From positions 124,001 through 188,000 of the forward strand of contig OZ251228.1 of assembly GCA_965240325.2 (NCBI GenBank): 64,000 bases of DNA, read 5' to 3'. The notes under the pieces were generated by a model, which was given only the letters and a program-made list of their open reading frames with translations, searched no databases and was not told the DNA's origin. The position numbers and the translations under genes are program-made. Shown here piece by piece: positions 37,969 to 51,100 of this stretch. Each line of letters opens with the position of its first letter. Position 1 is the stretch's first letter. The DNA comes from Rebecca billardiae RCC1528. Its lineage: Eukaryota; Protista; Haptophyta.

Positions 37969-40146
37969 TGACCGCGTTCCGCGGTCCTTCCGTAGAACCA
38001 ACGCAGTTAGGGGCCCGCGGTGCACCCTCCGTCGGCTGCTGTCTCAGTCGGACATGTGTAACAGTTCGTTTGCCTCGGAGCTGCCACCGCCACAACTCAG
38101 TTACCGCCCACCGGGCCGGCGGGCCGAGGACTGTCGCCGGCGGGCCGCCGCGCGGGGAAGCGGCCGCCGCGGGGCGGCGCGCGCGCGCAGGCAGGGCGAT
38201 AGGCGCCGCGCGGCGCGGGCCAGCGCGTGCGCGCGTGCGGGCGCACAGTCTGCTTGACGTGCTCGCGCAGCGCCATGCGCTCGACGACGGGCCGCTGGTC
38301 GCTCACTCAGCCGGCGCACCTCGTGCCGGCAGACGGAGCGAGAGCGCGCGCCGCGCAGTGCTGCCCCGGCCTGCGCTGCCGGCAGCCGCGCACCGAGACC
38401 GAGCGGAGCTCGGGGTGGAACGAGGCGAGCGGCGCGTCGCGCCTGCCGCCGCGCGTGCGCGCCTGCTCCACCGCGCCGCCGTGCTCGCCCGCCGCCTCCT
38501 CCGCCGCGTCGGCCTCGAAGACGGCTGCGGCGGCCCGAGCCAGCGGCACGGGCTGAGCCCGTGCGCGCTGGCGCCCGGCGCCGATCGCCTCGACGGCCGT
38601 CTACTCCACAGCTGGCTGCTCGAGCTGCTGCACGGGGCGTCGCGACGAGGGCGCCACGCGCGCCCAGCGCGTCCGTCTCCGCGTCGCGCAGCGCGTCGAG
38701 CTCGGCGCCGCGCTTCGCCAGCTCGGCGCCCAGCGCCTCCGCACTCGCAGTTGGCATGCGCGAGCGTGCTCAAGCTGCTCGCGTGTGCCGCGTGTGCACT
38801 GGGCGCGGCGGCGGGTGCGCTGTGCGCCGCCGACACGTCCGCAGCGCGCGCCGCGCTCGGCGCCGCGCTCGGCGCCGCGCTCGGCGCGCTGCACGCCGCG
38901 GGCGCGGGCGGGCGCGCGGCGGCGTGGGCACGAGGGCTGTCCGTGCTGTGCGCGGAGCTCGGCGCCGCCGGCGCGGGCGCGTGCCACGCGGCGCTGCTCG
39001 AGCTGCCGGCGGGTGCGCAGCTGCGCGCGCTCGGCGGGCTGCTCGGCACCGCGCTGAGCGCCGCGCGCCCGCCCGCCGGCGCCACGCCGGCCGGCGCGCT
39101 CTGGCGCCGTCGCGCTGTTCCGCGAGCACCTGCGCGGCGCCGCGCTGGCGGAGGCGCTGGCGCACGGCGGCGGCGCGGACGACGAGGAGGATGAGGAGAC
39201 GATGAAGATGAGCAGGGCGAGGGCGGCGGACCGTGGGCCGGCACGCCACACGTCTACCGATGATGCTCGGGCGCCGAACGAAGGCCAGCGCCAGAACGCA
39301 TATGCCTGCGGGTTGAAGGCCAAAGCTCCTTTCGCCCGCTCGAAAGTGAAGGTTGTCTCGTTTGCTGTGTGCTGATTGGTGGTCGTCTTTCTATGGGTCG
39401 TAACCAAGCCGCTGCGTTTTTGTCAATAGCAAAGTTGGCATGGGCGAAGAGCAAACATCATAGTAAATGCGTGAGTGATTCTCGGTTTTCGAGTCTCTCC
39501 GCTCGCTGCGCGCTGATTGGTCGTTGTGCAGCTAACCCAAGGTTTTTAGTACACAGGTTGGTAGGAGTTGTGTTGTGTCGATATGGAATTGTGGACATAG
39601 AATGCTGAGCGTTTGACCAATCAACGTCTCGGAAAAAAGGACGAAACATGACTCACACGTGTGAGTACTCCCGATCTCCGGGAGATATGGCCATTTCCGC
39701 CCACTGGGGTCATTCAGGTGTAAAGTTGAGTAATTTGGCAGCGCGCAATAAAGGTTCGTCGTTAGTAAAGTTGAGTACTTGACGAAGACTTTTTGCCAGG
39801 AGCCCAGGACCTCCAGCGCACGCGCTGGGTCCTCGTCCTATTTGGCAATATGCTATGAAGATTTACAACAAATCGCAGATTCGTTCACCCAGATATACTG
39901 ACAAATGCACGTCCGTCCATCGACATATGCGAAATGGCCCGGGCGCGGCTATTTCGTCAATCGCGTCTTGCTAATGCAGAGCAATGGGCGAATGTACCCC
40001 TCGAAAAAGCGAAAACTCACCCTCCAACAGCCCTCAAAATCGTCCCCCGTCCCCTTTTCTTTGATCAAAAGATCTGCTTTTTGACAACGTAGTGAGGGCC
40101 CCCGGCGGGGCTCCACGCTACGCGCTCCGCCCTGCACCGCGGGCCA
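37969..40146 (-). mobile_element. Non-autonomous Helitron2/Helentron-like element, copy 4 (2178 bp)
   Basis: Same asymmetric termini; 3' end abuts a (TA)n run at ~37947-37968; cargo shared with copies 3 and 5. Confidence 0.72.
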
Positions 40147-40230
40147 TTATTGGCATATCCGGCGCGAAGACGTTGCCTGCTTGCCACCCGCACCGGTGTG
40201 CTGCGCCAGCCAATTCGTCGTCATCCACCA

Positions 40231-40374
40231 GCGCTCAAGCAGTTCGATCGCGGTGCAGGCTAGATATGCTCTGCCACCAACGCTGACTTCGTGTCCGGAC
40301 CATCGGGCACTGCCGCCGACGAATCAGGAGACCCGCGTCGTCCTACCTGTGTCGTTAAATCATAGAATGAATGA
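40231..40374 (+). mobile_element. Interspersed repeat family R1, copy 3 (5'-truncated)
   Basis: Matches the 3' half of 14161-14410 and ends TAAATCATAGAATGAATGA. Confidence 0.7.
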
Positions 40375-42481
40375 GCTAGTAGTCAGCTCGCGCGCCGCCG
40401 CACCGCCCCGGCCGCCGCCGCGGCGGGGTGTCCTCAACCAGTCAACCCTCAAACCCCAGGAATCAGCCGCCATCATGCTGACCAGTGACCTGGCGACCAA
40501 ATCACGTGTCACTCGCGCTCCATCCACGATCGAGTGCGGCAGTAGCGCCAGCGGCAAGCCGGCTTGATTATAATGACGATTCACCCGGCCCGGGGACGGG
40601 GGGTGCTGCCGGCTCGTAGTAGTTATTACTAGTGACCGGCCCGTGTGTAAGAGTATTTCGGATGGATGATGAGTTGGCGGGGGCCGGGGGCAGGCCGAAG
40701 CCGGAGCCATCGGTCCGAAAACTACATTTACTTTGGGCGCGCCTGAGCCTGTGATGGACCGTTAGCTAGTCTTTTGTGTGCTGTTGGCCATTGTGCGTGT
40801 GCGTGTGTGCGTGTGAGTGTGTGCACACTGCAAATACGCATACAGCTTGTCCTTCCTTCACTTCGCGATCGTGTCGTCGCGCAGGCTCGGAGGCTGGGCC
40901 TCCTCCGCGCAGGCGAACGGCGGCTTGTCAACGCCACCTTGCCCCGTGCGGGCACACCACCGCGCAGCGCCTGACGGGCGGCTGCCCTGGGTGCGAGGCG
41001 GCGCTCGGACGAGCCGCCGCAGATCCAGCCGTCGTGGCCACGCAAGGAAGGTGGTGTGGTAACAGGTAACTAGGAGAGATCTGACCGCAGGTCAGGGACG
41101 TGATCATATCGGTGGCGCGTGGCCACTTGCGGTGGAGCTGGCGGCTCGCCCAGCCGCGCGCAACGTTCGTGTGTCTAGACCATCCTGAGGTCAATCGACG
41201 ACAGCTCCTTGAGCCTTGAGGCACACGAGTGAATCCGTCGGCCCGGCTGATCCCACCCAGCTGTTGATGGGAGCTGCTTTCTGAAGAGATCTTCTCAGCG
41301 GACGCAGCGCCAGGTCGTTTAGGGACAGCATGTGCGTGTGTTTACTAGCGCTACCAGGGGTCGTCGTCGAAGGCTGGCCCATTTTCCAAGTCATCTGCTG
41401 CCTGGGGTAGATGATGCCCCGCTGTTAGGCCGCTACTAGGCGAAGCCGCAGGGCGCGCACTGGCTATTAGGCCGCGGCGACCAGCGCAGCTGGGTGACAG
41501 TCGCTGCCTACGCATGCGTCCGCGGGGGGACGCACCGCCAACCGCGCGCGGAGAAAGTGTGGAGGCACGACGACTCACGCCGTGCTTTCTCGCCGCCCGG
41601 TGCGACGACCAAGACCAATCGGAGTTCGGACGCAGTCAGCGTCCAAGGCTTGTGCGCACTAGCACGAGACGCACGCGCGCGGCGCGGTCTGGTCGGCGCG
41701 GACTGCTGCACGCGTGCGCTATGGCAGGTGTGCGTGTAGGCTCAGACCAGCCATGAAGCACCCCGTGGCGTTCGACGCCGTGGCGGCCGCTATGGCTGCC
41801 CAGATTGCAATGGTCAGCGCGGCGGGGAACCGGGAAGAGAGCGCGCATCTCGCCATTTTGCGCCATTTTGGGCTTGCAAGCTGGTATATTTGGTGGACGT
41901 GAGCTCACGTCCACGACCTAGCCATCTTGGGCTGGCGCCACGCGCCCGCCATGGCGGCGCCGGCCCGGGCGCCCGCGGTGGCGATGGAGAACCCCCTCAC
42001 GGGCTGCACGGCGACAGCCATCCGGAGGAGCAACTCTCAAGGGCCCGGACGCGAGTGACGATTCTCCGAATAGACACTTTTGCCGCCTGAACGGCTGAAT
42101 CTCGTATTATAATCTCAGCAGGTAAAGCGGACGCACGGATCACTATTCATTATTATTGTCAGATGATGAGCGTCTACCTTGGCAAACTGCATGGGGGTAC
42201 TTGTTGTCAATCTCGCCTGCCTGATACAAATTCCCCTGCTATAACGGGCTCTCGCCTGCACCTGAGCAAGCTACTGTGTACAGTAGTGTGTGCGTCTCTT
42301 TACTAGTACTCTGCTCTTATTCTTAGAAAACGTGTATGGGGGTATGAGTCCTGTACCAAAGGATATTCTATCTAGATGAACCCTTCTAGAAACCTCGCAA
42401 CACACTCCGGCCCCCCTCTAGTTCTTTGGCCCACCTCTCCTGACCACCAGCCTTGGCGTGGCGCGCCGGAGCGAGAGCTCG

Positions 42482-44532
42482 ATGCCCTCGCTGCCGCCGT
42501 CCGACGAGATGGCTCGCGACCTCGAGACCCCTCGTGCCGTGCAGCTCAACTTCCTGCGCAGCAAGCTGCTCGAGGCGAAGCACGCGGGGCGGCGTGACCG
42601 GCTGCGCACGACCGTCCCGCCCCTCGTCGTCGGTGGGCTAGCGCTCACGGCAAGCTTGTCGCACTCGTTGGTGGCGTGGGCTTTGGGTGGGCGAAGGCTC
42701 GCCCGGATCGACGCATTTGCTTCAGTCAGCGTGACCCTAGTCGCCCTGCCTGTCTTCCTTCTCGCGCTGCGGCCATCCGACCGCGTGACGGTCAGCGTCG
42801 TTACGTTCGCACTCGCGACCGCCTGCCCGCTGGCCGCCGTCGCCAACATGCTCCTCAGCCGACCGCTGCTGCATCGCGTCTGGGCGTTGGAACTGTGGAC
42901 GTGCTCGAATATTCCCGCGCTGATCTTCGTCACCCTCCAGCTCGCACCCTTGTGCGCGACCTGCGCTCTCTCCGTCGTCCTCCTCGTCAGCCTCGCAGCC
43001 GCGCTCAGCGTGGCACCGCATAGGCCGGTCGCTGCGCGACGTGTGTCGATGCGCGACGTGCTCGAGCGGCTGTGGGACGGTGTCGGCGCGATGTACCTCT
43101 TGTTCGTGCCGGGCTTGGCTCAGAATCTCCTCATGTGGCACTTCCTCGACCCCGACTTTGAGCCCGAGTACCTGAGGGAGGCACGGATTGTGCGCGCAAG
43201 CGTGTGTCTCGTCGTGGGCGTGTGCTGCCTCGTGCCGCGCGTGCGCGAGCGGGTGCTGGGCTGCCTGGTCTCCCGTGGCGCCGTGGTTACTGCCGCCGCG
43301 GGCGTCGGCACGCTGATGGGCGAGTTCGAGGTCGACGCGCTCATCCGCAGCGCGGCGAACCGCTTCCGCGCCGTCCGCTTCGACAAGCTCGACCCGGGCG
43401 TGTTTGCCGCGGCGGAAGGATCGGATGCGGAGCGCGCGCTGCATGCGTGCACGCAGCCCGCCGAGCTCGGCGAGATTGACGGTGATGCGCGCGCGCCGCC
43501 ACCCCGCGCAGCCCGCGCGTGCGTGCGACGGGCGGCAGAGCTCACGAAGCGCCGCGTCTCCCACGCCGCCCGCCACCTGCAGCCTTTGTGACGCACTCGA
43601 GCCATGACGACCCGTCTCACAAGTGGGCGGCCCTCAAAGCGTGGCGCGACCGCTTTGTCGCCGAGAACGGCGGGCGCGAGCCCTTGCTCTGGATCGACAA
43701 GTGCTGCCTGCTCGCGCCAGAGGCGGGTGACGAGCGCGCCTCGGATGACGTGCTGCGCCTGCCTGTGTACGTTGCCGGCTGCGAGCGGCTGCTCGTGCTG
43801 CTCGGGCCCACATTCATGCGCCGGCTGTGGTGTGTGGTCGAGCTCGTCACGCACGAGTACGTTGGTGGCGGCGCGCGCCGCATCGACGGCGGCCTGCTGC
43901 CAGGGCTCGACCCGGCGCTGATCGAGGCATTCGACGTAGGGCATGCGCTGTGCTACGTGGAGGAGGATCGGCAGCGGCTGCTCGAGTGTGTCGAGGTGAC
44001 GAGCGGCCACTCAGAGCGCGAGCTCTTCAACGACGCGATACGCGAGACGCTGCGCCGCGTGGTGCTCAACGCTGTTCACGTGGCCGGCACCGGCGCGCAC
44101 AGCGCGGCAATCATGGCCGACGCGGCGGCGTGGGCTGGAGCAGGCTATGGGCATGGCCGCGTTCCGCATAGTGCCGTGTACCCAAGCGCGCCGTCGCCGC
44201 CATCGCCCGGCCCCTTCGTCCTCGAGCCGGACGACGTGATCGCCGGCCCAGACTCGACGGTTGCAGCCGCCATGCCGTTCAGCCCACTGGGCCACGCGTT
44301 TTCGGAGCTTGCGCGCGTCGCTCCGGATGGGGACGGCGGCGGGGCCCTCCGAGGTGCACGAGCGCGCACGGGGCTCATCCGGCGGCTGCGCCCGCGCACC
44401 CGCCGGCTGCTCGCGTGGTGCTGCGCATACGTTGCGTGGCTCGTGGTGCTTATTATTCTCTCAGTGTGCCTCGCAGTTGCCGCCCGCGGGACGAACCGCG
44501 ACTGCCACGGCGCCCAGCTGCCCGATGGCTGA
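42482..44532 (+). CDS. Multi-pass membrane protein with a TIR/HET-like domain
   Basis: Several N-terminal hydrophobic segments. After intron 43482-43582: GEIDAFVTHSSHDD..KW...LWIDKCCL...LPVYVAGCERLLVLLGPTFMRRLWCVVEL. One more hydrophobic segment near the C-terminus. Confidence 0.72.
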
Positions 44533-45265
44533 CGATGTTCAATGTACGTCGTCGTCGTATATATATATAGATGTATGACCGCGTTCCGCGGTCCTTTTCC
44601 GTAGAACCAACGCAGTTGGGGGCCCGCGGCGCAATGGTTGAGAATGAGACTGACGAGTCAGTCAGTCCGAGTCAGAAAGACAGTTCAGCCACTCTGAGAG
44701 GGAGAGTCAGACCCGAGACCGAGTCTCCGACTCGGCGCGAGTATGCGGGCGCGCACGGCCAAGGGTGGCATGGGACACCAGCGGACGGGCCGCGCGGGGA
44801 AGCGGGGCGGCGCGCTCGCAGGGCGAGAGGCGCGGACGGGCCGCGCGGGGAAGCGGGGCGGCGGCGCGCGCAGGGCGAGAGGGCGAGAGGCGCCGCGCGG
44901 CGCCGGGTCGGCGCGTGCGCGCGTGCGGGCGCACCTGCTTCAGCTTGCAAGGTGCTCGCGCTGCGCCATGCGCTCGACGAAGGGCCGCTGGTCGCGAGCC
45001 GGCGCGTGCGCGCGAGCGGGCGCACCTGCTTGAGGTACTCGCCCTGCGCCATGCGCTCGACGACGGGCCGCTGGTCGCTCAGCCGGCACGCCTCGTGCCG
45101 GCAGAGCGAGAGCGCGCGCCACTGCAGACTGCTGGCCCGCCGGCCTGCCGGCTGCGCAGCCGCGCACCGAGACCGACCGAGCGGAGCTCGGGGCGGTGGA
45201 ACGAGGCGAGCGGCGCGTCGCGCCTGCCGCCGCGCGTGCGCGCCTGCTCCACCGCGCCGCCGTGC

Positions 45266-46511
45266 TCGCCCGCCGCCTCCTCCGCCGCGTCGGCCTCGAA
45301 GACGGCGGCTGCCAGCGGCAGGCTGAGCTGCGCGCGGCTCACTCACACTGTCTGTGAGTCCTCACGCTGCTGCCGGACCTCCGCGCCGCCGTCGACCGAG
45401 TCGAGGAGGAGCTCGCGCTCGGCGTCGAGGCGCGAGCTCGCGTGCTCGAGCTCGCCCTTCAGCCGCGCGAGCTCCGGGCGCATCCGGCTCATCAGCTCTG
45501 CCGCGCCGCTCGCTCGGCGGCGGCGGGCGGCGCGCTCTGCTCCGGTCGGCGAGCGACGAGCTCGCGTGCTCCGGACTCGGCTCGCCCTTGCGCGCTGCTC
45601 CTCGAGTGACGAACGCGCCAGCGGGCAGGTTGTTGCCCGTCGCCCCCGCCGCGATCTCGCCGCCCCCGCCGCGATCTCGTCGCCCGCCGCCTCCTCCGCC
45701 GCGTCGGCCTCGAAGACGGCGGCTGCCAGCGGCAGGCTGAGCTGCGCGCGGCTCACTCACACTGTCTGTGAGTCCTCACGCTGCTGCCGGACCTCCGCGC
45801 CGCCGTCGACCGAGTTGAGGAGGAGCTCGCGCTCGGCGTCGAGGCGCGAGCTCGCGTGCTCGAGCTCGCCCTTCAGCCGCGCGAGCTCCGGGCGCATCCG
45901 GCTCATCAGCTCTGCCGCGCCGCTCGCTCGGCGGCGGCGGGCGGCGCGCTCTGCTCCGGTCGGCGAGCGACGAGCTCGCGTGCTCCGGACTCGGCTCGCC
46001 CTTGCGCGCTGCTCCTCGAGTGACGAACGCGCCAGCGGGCAGGTTGTTGCCCGTCGCCCCCGCCGCGATCTCGCCGCCCCCGCCGCGATCTCGTCGCCCG
46101 CCGCCTCCTCCGCCGCGTCGGCCTCGAAGACGGCGGCTGCCAGCGGCAGGCTGAGCTGCGCGCGGCTCACTCACACTGTCTGTGAGTCCTCACGCTGCTG
46201 CCGGACCTCCGCGCCGCCGTCGACCGAGTTGAGGAGGAGCTCGCGCTCGGCGTCGAGGCGCGAGCTCGCGTGCTCGAGCTCGCCCTTCAGCCGCGCGAGC
46301 TCCGGGCGCATCCGGCTCATCAGCTCTGCCGCGCCGCTCGCTCGGCGGCGGCGGGCGGCGCGCTCTGCTCCGGTCGGCGAGCGACGAGCTCGCGTGCTCC
46401 GGACTCGGCTCGCCCTTGCGCGCTGCTCCTCGAGTGACGAACGCGCCAGCGGGCAGGTTGTTGCCCGTCGCCCCCGCCGCGATCTCGCCGCCCCCGCCGC
46501 GATCTCGTCGC
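45266..46511. repeat. Tandem triplication of a 414-bp unit inside element copy 5
   Basis: Units start at 45266, 45680, 46094; near-identical (one visible C/T difference). Confidence 0.92.
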
Positions 46512-46605
46512 GCATGTGTCCGTGGCGCGCGCCTGCGAGGTGACAGGCGGGCCGCGAGCTCAGCCTCGGGGAGAGCGGAGCGAGAGGGCGAGACGCGCGG
46601 TCTGC

Positions 46606-46741
46606 GAGGCGACAGGCGCGCTCGGGGAGAGCATTTTACTATTCACAGTTGGAGGTGATCAAGTTTCCCGATCGAGGCGACAGGCGCGCTCGGGGAGAGC
46701 ATTTTACTATTCACAGTTGGAGGTGATCAAGTTTCCCGATC
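46606..46741. repeat. 68-bp tandem duplication inside element copy 5
   Basis: GAGGCGACAGGCGCGCTCGGGGAGAGCATTTTACTATTCACAGTTGGAGGTGATCAAGTTTCCCGATC x2. Confidence 0.9.
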
Positions 46742-47109
46742 CCTTGCCTTGCCGTTTTTATCAGTTGGCGGTTGGCGGCAATCTCATACTTAAACTCGCG
46801 CTCGTAACGAACCGTTACACCAATGTCACGTCCAGCTGACGTCCAGATCGCACTTTACTTAAGGGAATCAGCTGGGCGCGGTTTTTTTCGGCCTAATAGA
46901 CCTCTCTATGCGATCTCAAAAACTCGAAACTCGGTCTCCGCCAGCCCTAAAAATCGCCCCCCGTCCCTTTTTTATTGATCAAAGATCTTTTTGAAACGTG
47001 GTTCGGGCCCGCTGGTGCGGGCTCCACGCTGCGCGCTCCGCCCTGCACCGCGGGCCATTATTTTTAAATATATAAAACGGCCCGCCATATAATATATATG
47101 TGTGTGTAT

Positions 47110-47480
<371 letters not shown>

Positions 47481-48198
47481 TGCCGGCCCTGGCAAGCTTC
47501 TCCGTCGCGTCCGCTAGTCCTAGACGCGCTGTGTTCGACCAACCCCACCGGGACAAGGCCGCCAGGCCCCCGCAGTTTAATGCTCTCGTCTCTCTCGATC
47601 TCCAGTCTCACTCTCTCTCTGGCTCTCTCTCTCCGCGCGCCCGTCGATCTCCGTCTGCTCTCGATGATCTCGATCTCTCACTCGGCTCTCTCTCTGTCTC
47701 TCTCTCTGCTAACTGCTTGCGTCGATCAGCCTGTACCGGCGGTAGCCCGGATCGGCGATCCGAGATGAGTACTAGTAGGCAGGCAGCTCTCGTCTCTCTC
47801 TAGCTCGATCTGCTGCTTATTGCGTCAGACTAGCCGATGCTGAGTATTAGTAGGCAGGCAGGGTGCTGCGTCGGGCGACCGGGCGTCGGCCGACGTCGAC
47901 GAGGAGGCAGGAGCGTACTTTGACGTCGTAGTATCGCGTAGCCTCCCAGTCATCCGCCATCATCAGCCGGACGGCGGCCCGCAGTCCTGCTGGCTGCTGG
48001 CTGCACCTGACACCTGCTCCTGCATGCTGCCGAGGTCCCGAAGCCGGCCGACGCGCGCGCAGCGGTCGGCGGCAGCGGTGGGCGTGCCAGCCCGCCCCCG
48101 CGGCGTCCGCCGCGCGCCTCCGCGCATGCACGCCCTTCGACGTCTGCCGCAGCCACCACCGCCCGGCGGCGCTGCGCCGAGCGTGCGCTGGCTTAGGC

Positions 48199-51100
48199 TC
48201 AGAGCAGTCCCTCCACGACCAACATCGACTCGGAGGCGCGCAGGTACCGCTCCTGGTGCTCGCGCTCCTCGTGCAGAGGCACGATGCAGAAGAAGTGCGC
48301 CGCGGTGAGCAGCCGCACGTCCCGCTCCGCCGTGCTCGGGTATTTGGCCCTGCGCCGAGCCGCGCGCCGCGCGGCGGGTCGCGCGAGCGCGCGCGCGCGA
48401 GAGAGAGAGGCGGTGCACGTGAGAGAGCGCGCGGGGCGGGGCGGGGCGGGGCGGGCGGGCGGACCGCGGCTGCGCGACGGGCGCGCTGCCCCGCACCGCA
48501 CGTGGCCCCAGAACGTCTCCCGCAGAGACGCGAGGTAGTGCGCCGTGCCCTCGGTGATCGGCTTGTCGAGCAGCATGAAGTCGTACCCGCACAGCGACTG
48601 GTACACCTTGGAGAGGTCGTAGTGGCAGTCGCCCTGCGTGGTCAGCCGCTCGCCCAGCGCGCCGCGCATGTCGATCAGCCGCACCTGCAGCAGCGGGGGC
48701 GGACGGGGCGCGCGCGCGGCCGGGCGTGAGCGCGGGGCCGTGCGCCCGCCTCACACACGCGCGCGCCGTCCGCGGCACATGCGCGCACACGCGGTACACA
48801 CGCGCAGTGCGCACCTGCCCGTCAGCGCCGAGGATCGCGTTGGAGAAGACCGGGTCGCCATGGATGAACCACGCGTGCTGGCAGCGGCGCCCCGCCTCGT
48901 AGCTCTGCAGGAAGTCGAGGATCCGGCCGCTCGCGCCGTCCGGGCGCAGCCCGTCCGGCCGGAACGACTCGTACATCTCCCTGTGCTTGGCGAAGCGGGA
49001 GCCCACCTGCACGGCCGGGACGCGGCGGCGCGGGCGGGCGCGGGGCGGCGCGGGACAAGGCCGGCCGCGCGAGGGCGGGCGGGAAGGCGGGTGGGTGCGG
49101 GGAGGGCATTGAATGGGCGCGCGTGTGCGCTGCCGGCCATGGCCCGCGCCGCCTGGCCGCCAGTAGGCATCCACCATCCGTCCCCGAGCCGCTCGCGCGC
49201 GCGCCGACGCCGACGACGACGCCGACGACACCGCGCGCCGCACCTTCCTCGCGTAGTTGGCGCACAGCTCAGCCACGGACGCCTGCGCGCCGCCCTCCTC
49301 CGCGCCGCCTTCCGCCGGCGTGTACGTGTGCAGAGCATGCAGCGCGTCCAGGAGCAGGCGCAGCCGGCCCGAGGTGAGGGTGAGGTCGACGAGCATGTGC
49401 GAGAAGGTGGTGCCCGCCACGCGCGTCTGCACGATGGACATCGTGTCCACCTCTGCGCCCCGAGCGAGACGCGCGCAGCACGCGGCGCGCGGCGGCGGGC
49501 GACACAGCCGCGCCCGGCGCGCGTGAGCGCGGGCGCGCGCGCGCGCCGCACGCGCGCGCTGCCGCGTGCCTGGCGCACCTGGCTTGTCCACGATCTCGAC
49601 CAGCGTGGGGAAGCAGTGCGCGAGCGGCGGCGGGATGTGCGCGTAGAAGTACGCCTCGCCCGCCAGCACCTGCGCAGCAGCGGCCGAGTGCCGGGGCAGC
49701 GCAGGCGCGGGCGCAGGCCGCAGCAGCGCAGCCCGGGCAGCGAGCGCGCAACCGCGCGGTGCGTGGGCGCAACCGCGCGGTGCGTGGGCGCAACCGCGCG
49801 GTGCGTGGGGAGGCGCGTCGGCAGCCGCGCGGCGCGGCCCGCCCTCACGCGCGCGCCGCGCGCGCGCGCAGCCGGCCGCACGCCCAGCCCCGCCCCAACC
49901 CCTTCCCAGCGCGCCCGCGCGGCACCTTGCGCGACGACGACTTGATGATGTGCTTGTCCCCGACCAGCGCAATCTGGTTGAAGGATCGCGCGCGGATGCC
50001 GCCCTCGATCGTGCGGAGGTCCTCCGCCGCGTGCCAGCCGATGTCCTTCGCCAGCGTGCCCGCGCCCGCGTTGAGCGTGACCGAGTCGATGTAGAAGTCG
50101 GCGGCGGGCTTGCCGAAGTGGATCTCGTCGTACGGGATGTCGTGCCTGCGCCGCCGCCGGCGGGCGCGGCGGTCGGAGGGGCGGCGCCGATAGGCACGCG
50201 CCACCGCAGCGGCGCGCGAGAGAGCGCAGCCGGACGGCCGGAAGCGGCGCGAGCGCGAGCGTGAGCGCGGACGAGCGAGCGGGCAGGGCGCGCGCGCGCG
50301 CGTACGCGCGGCCGCGCACCGCCGCAGCGCGTCGAGGATGCGCAGCCCGGCGGCGGCGACCGCGCGTCCGCTGTTGCCGTGGCCGCTCTCCATGCCCGCT
50401 GACGTCTGCACGATCACGTAGTGGCCCGCGCCGTGCAGGGCTCGCACGAGGTCGCAGTTGTCCGCGACGGGCTGGAGCTCGGCGCCGGGCGTGCTCGGCT
50501 GCTGGAGCAGCGTCGAGTCGATGTCGATGCAGAAGCGCAGCCGCGGCGTCGACGCGAGCAGCTCGCGGCCGCGCGACCCCGGACCCTCGAGCGGCGTCGG
50601 CAGGCCGTCGCTGCCGCCGCCGCCGCCGCCGCCGCGCGGCGCGTCGCCCGCCTCTGACTGGACGGGGACGGAGGAGACGCGGCCGATGAACTCGAGCAGC
50701 TCGTCCGGCGTGCCCACCGACGCGTACGCGCTGTCGTCCACGCGCACGCCGCGGAACTGCACCCCCTCCGCCAGCAGCTTGGTGATGAGCGTACTTGCGT
50801 GGTACTCAGGCGCGGCCTCGGTTGCGCCCGCGCGCACCTGACCCAGCATCGCGTCGAGGTGGCTCTCGGCGGCAGCGAGGAGGGCGGCGGCGGACGGGAA
50901 GCCGTACGCGCCGATGTTGATGTTCGACGAGATCGCCACCTGTGCGCACGACGAGCGCGCCCGCGCCGGCCGCGCCGCACCTCTCGCCGTCAGCCGCGCG
51001 CGCGGGCGCGCGCGGGGCGCGCGCGGACGCGCGATCGGGAGCGCTGCGCGACCAGGCGGCGCGGCGGGGCGCACGAGGCGCGCGCGCGGGCGTGGGCGGG

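Larger units (their letters stand above)
44576..47057 (-). mobile_element. Non-autonomous Helitron2/Helentron-like element, copy 5 (2482 bp)
   Basis: Same termini; 46797-47057 nearly identical to 25747-26007; TA-rich sequence on both flanks. Confidence 0.72.
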
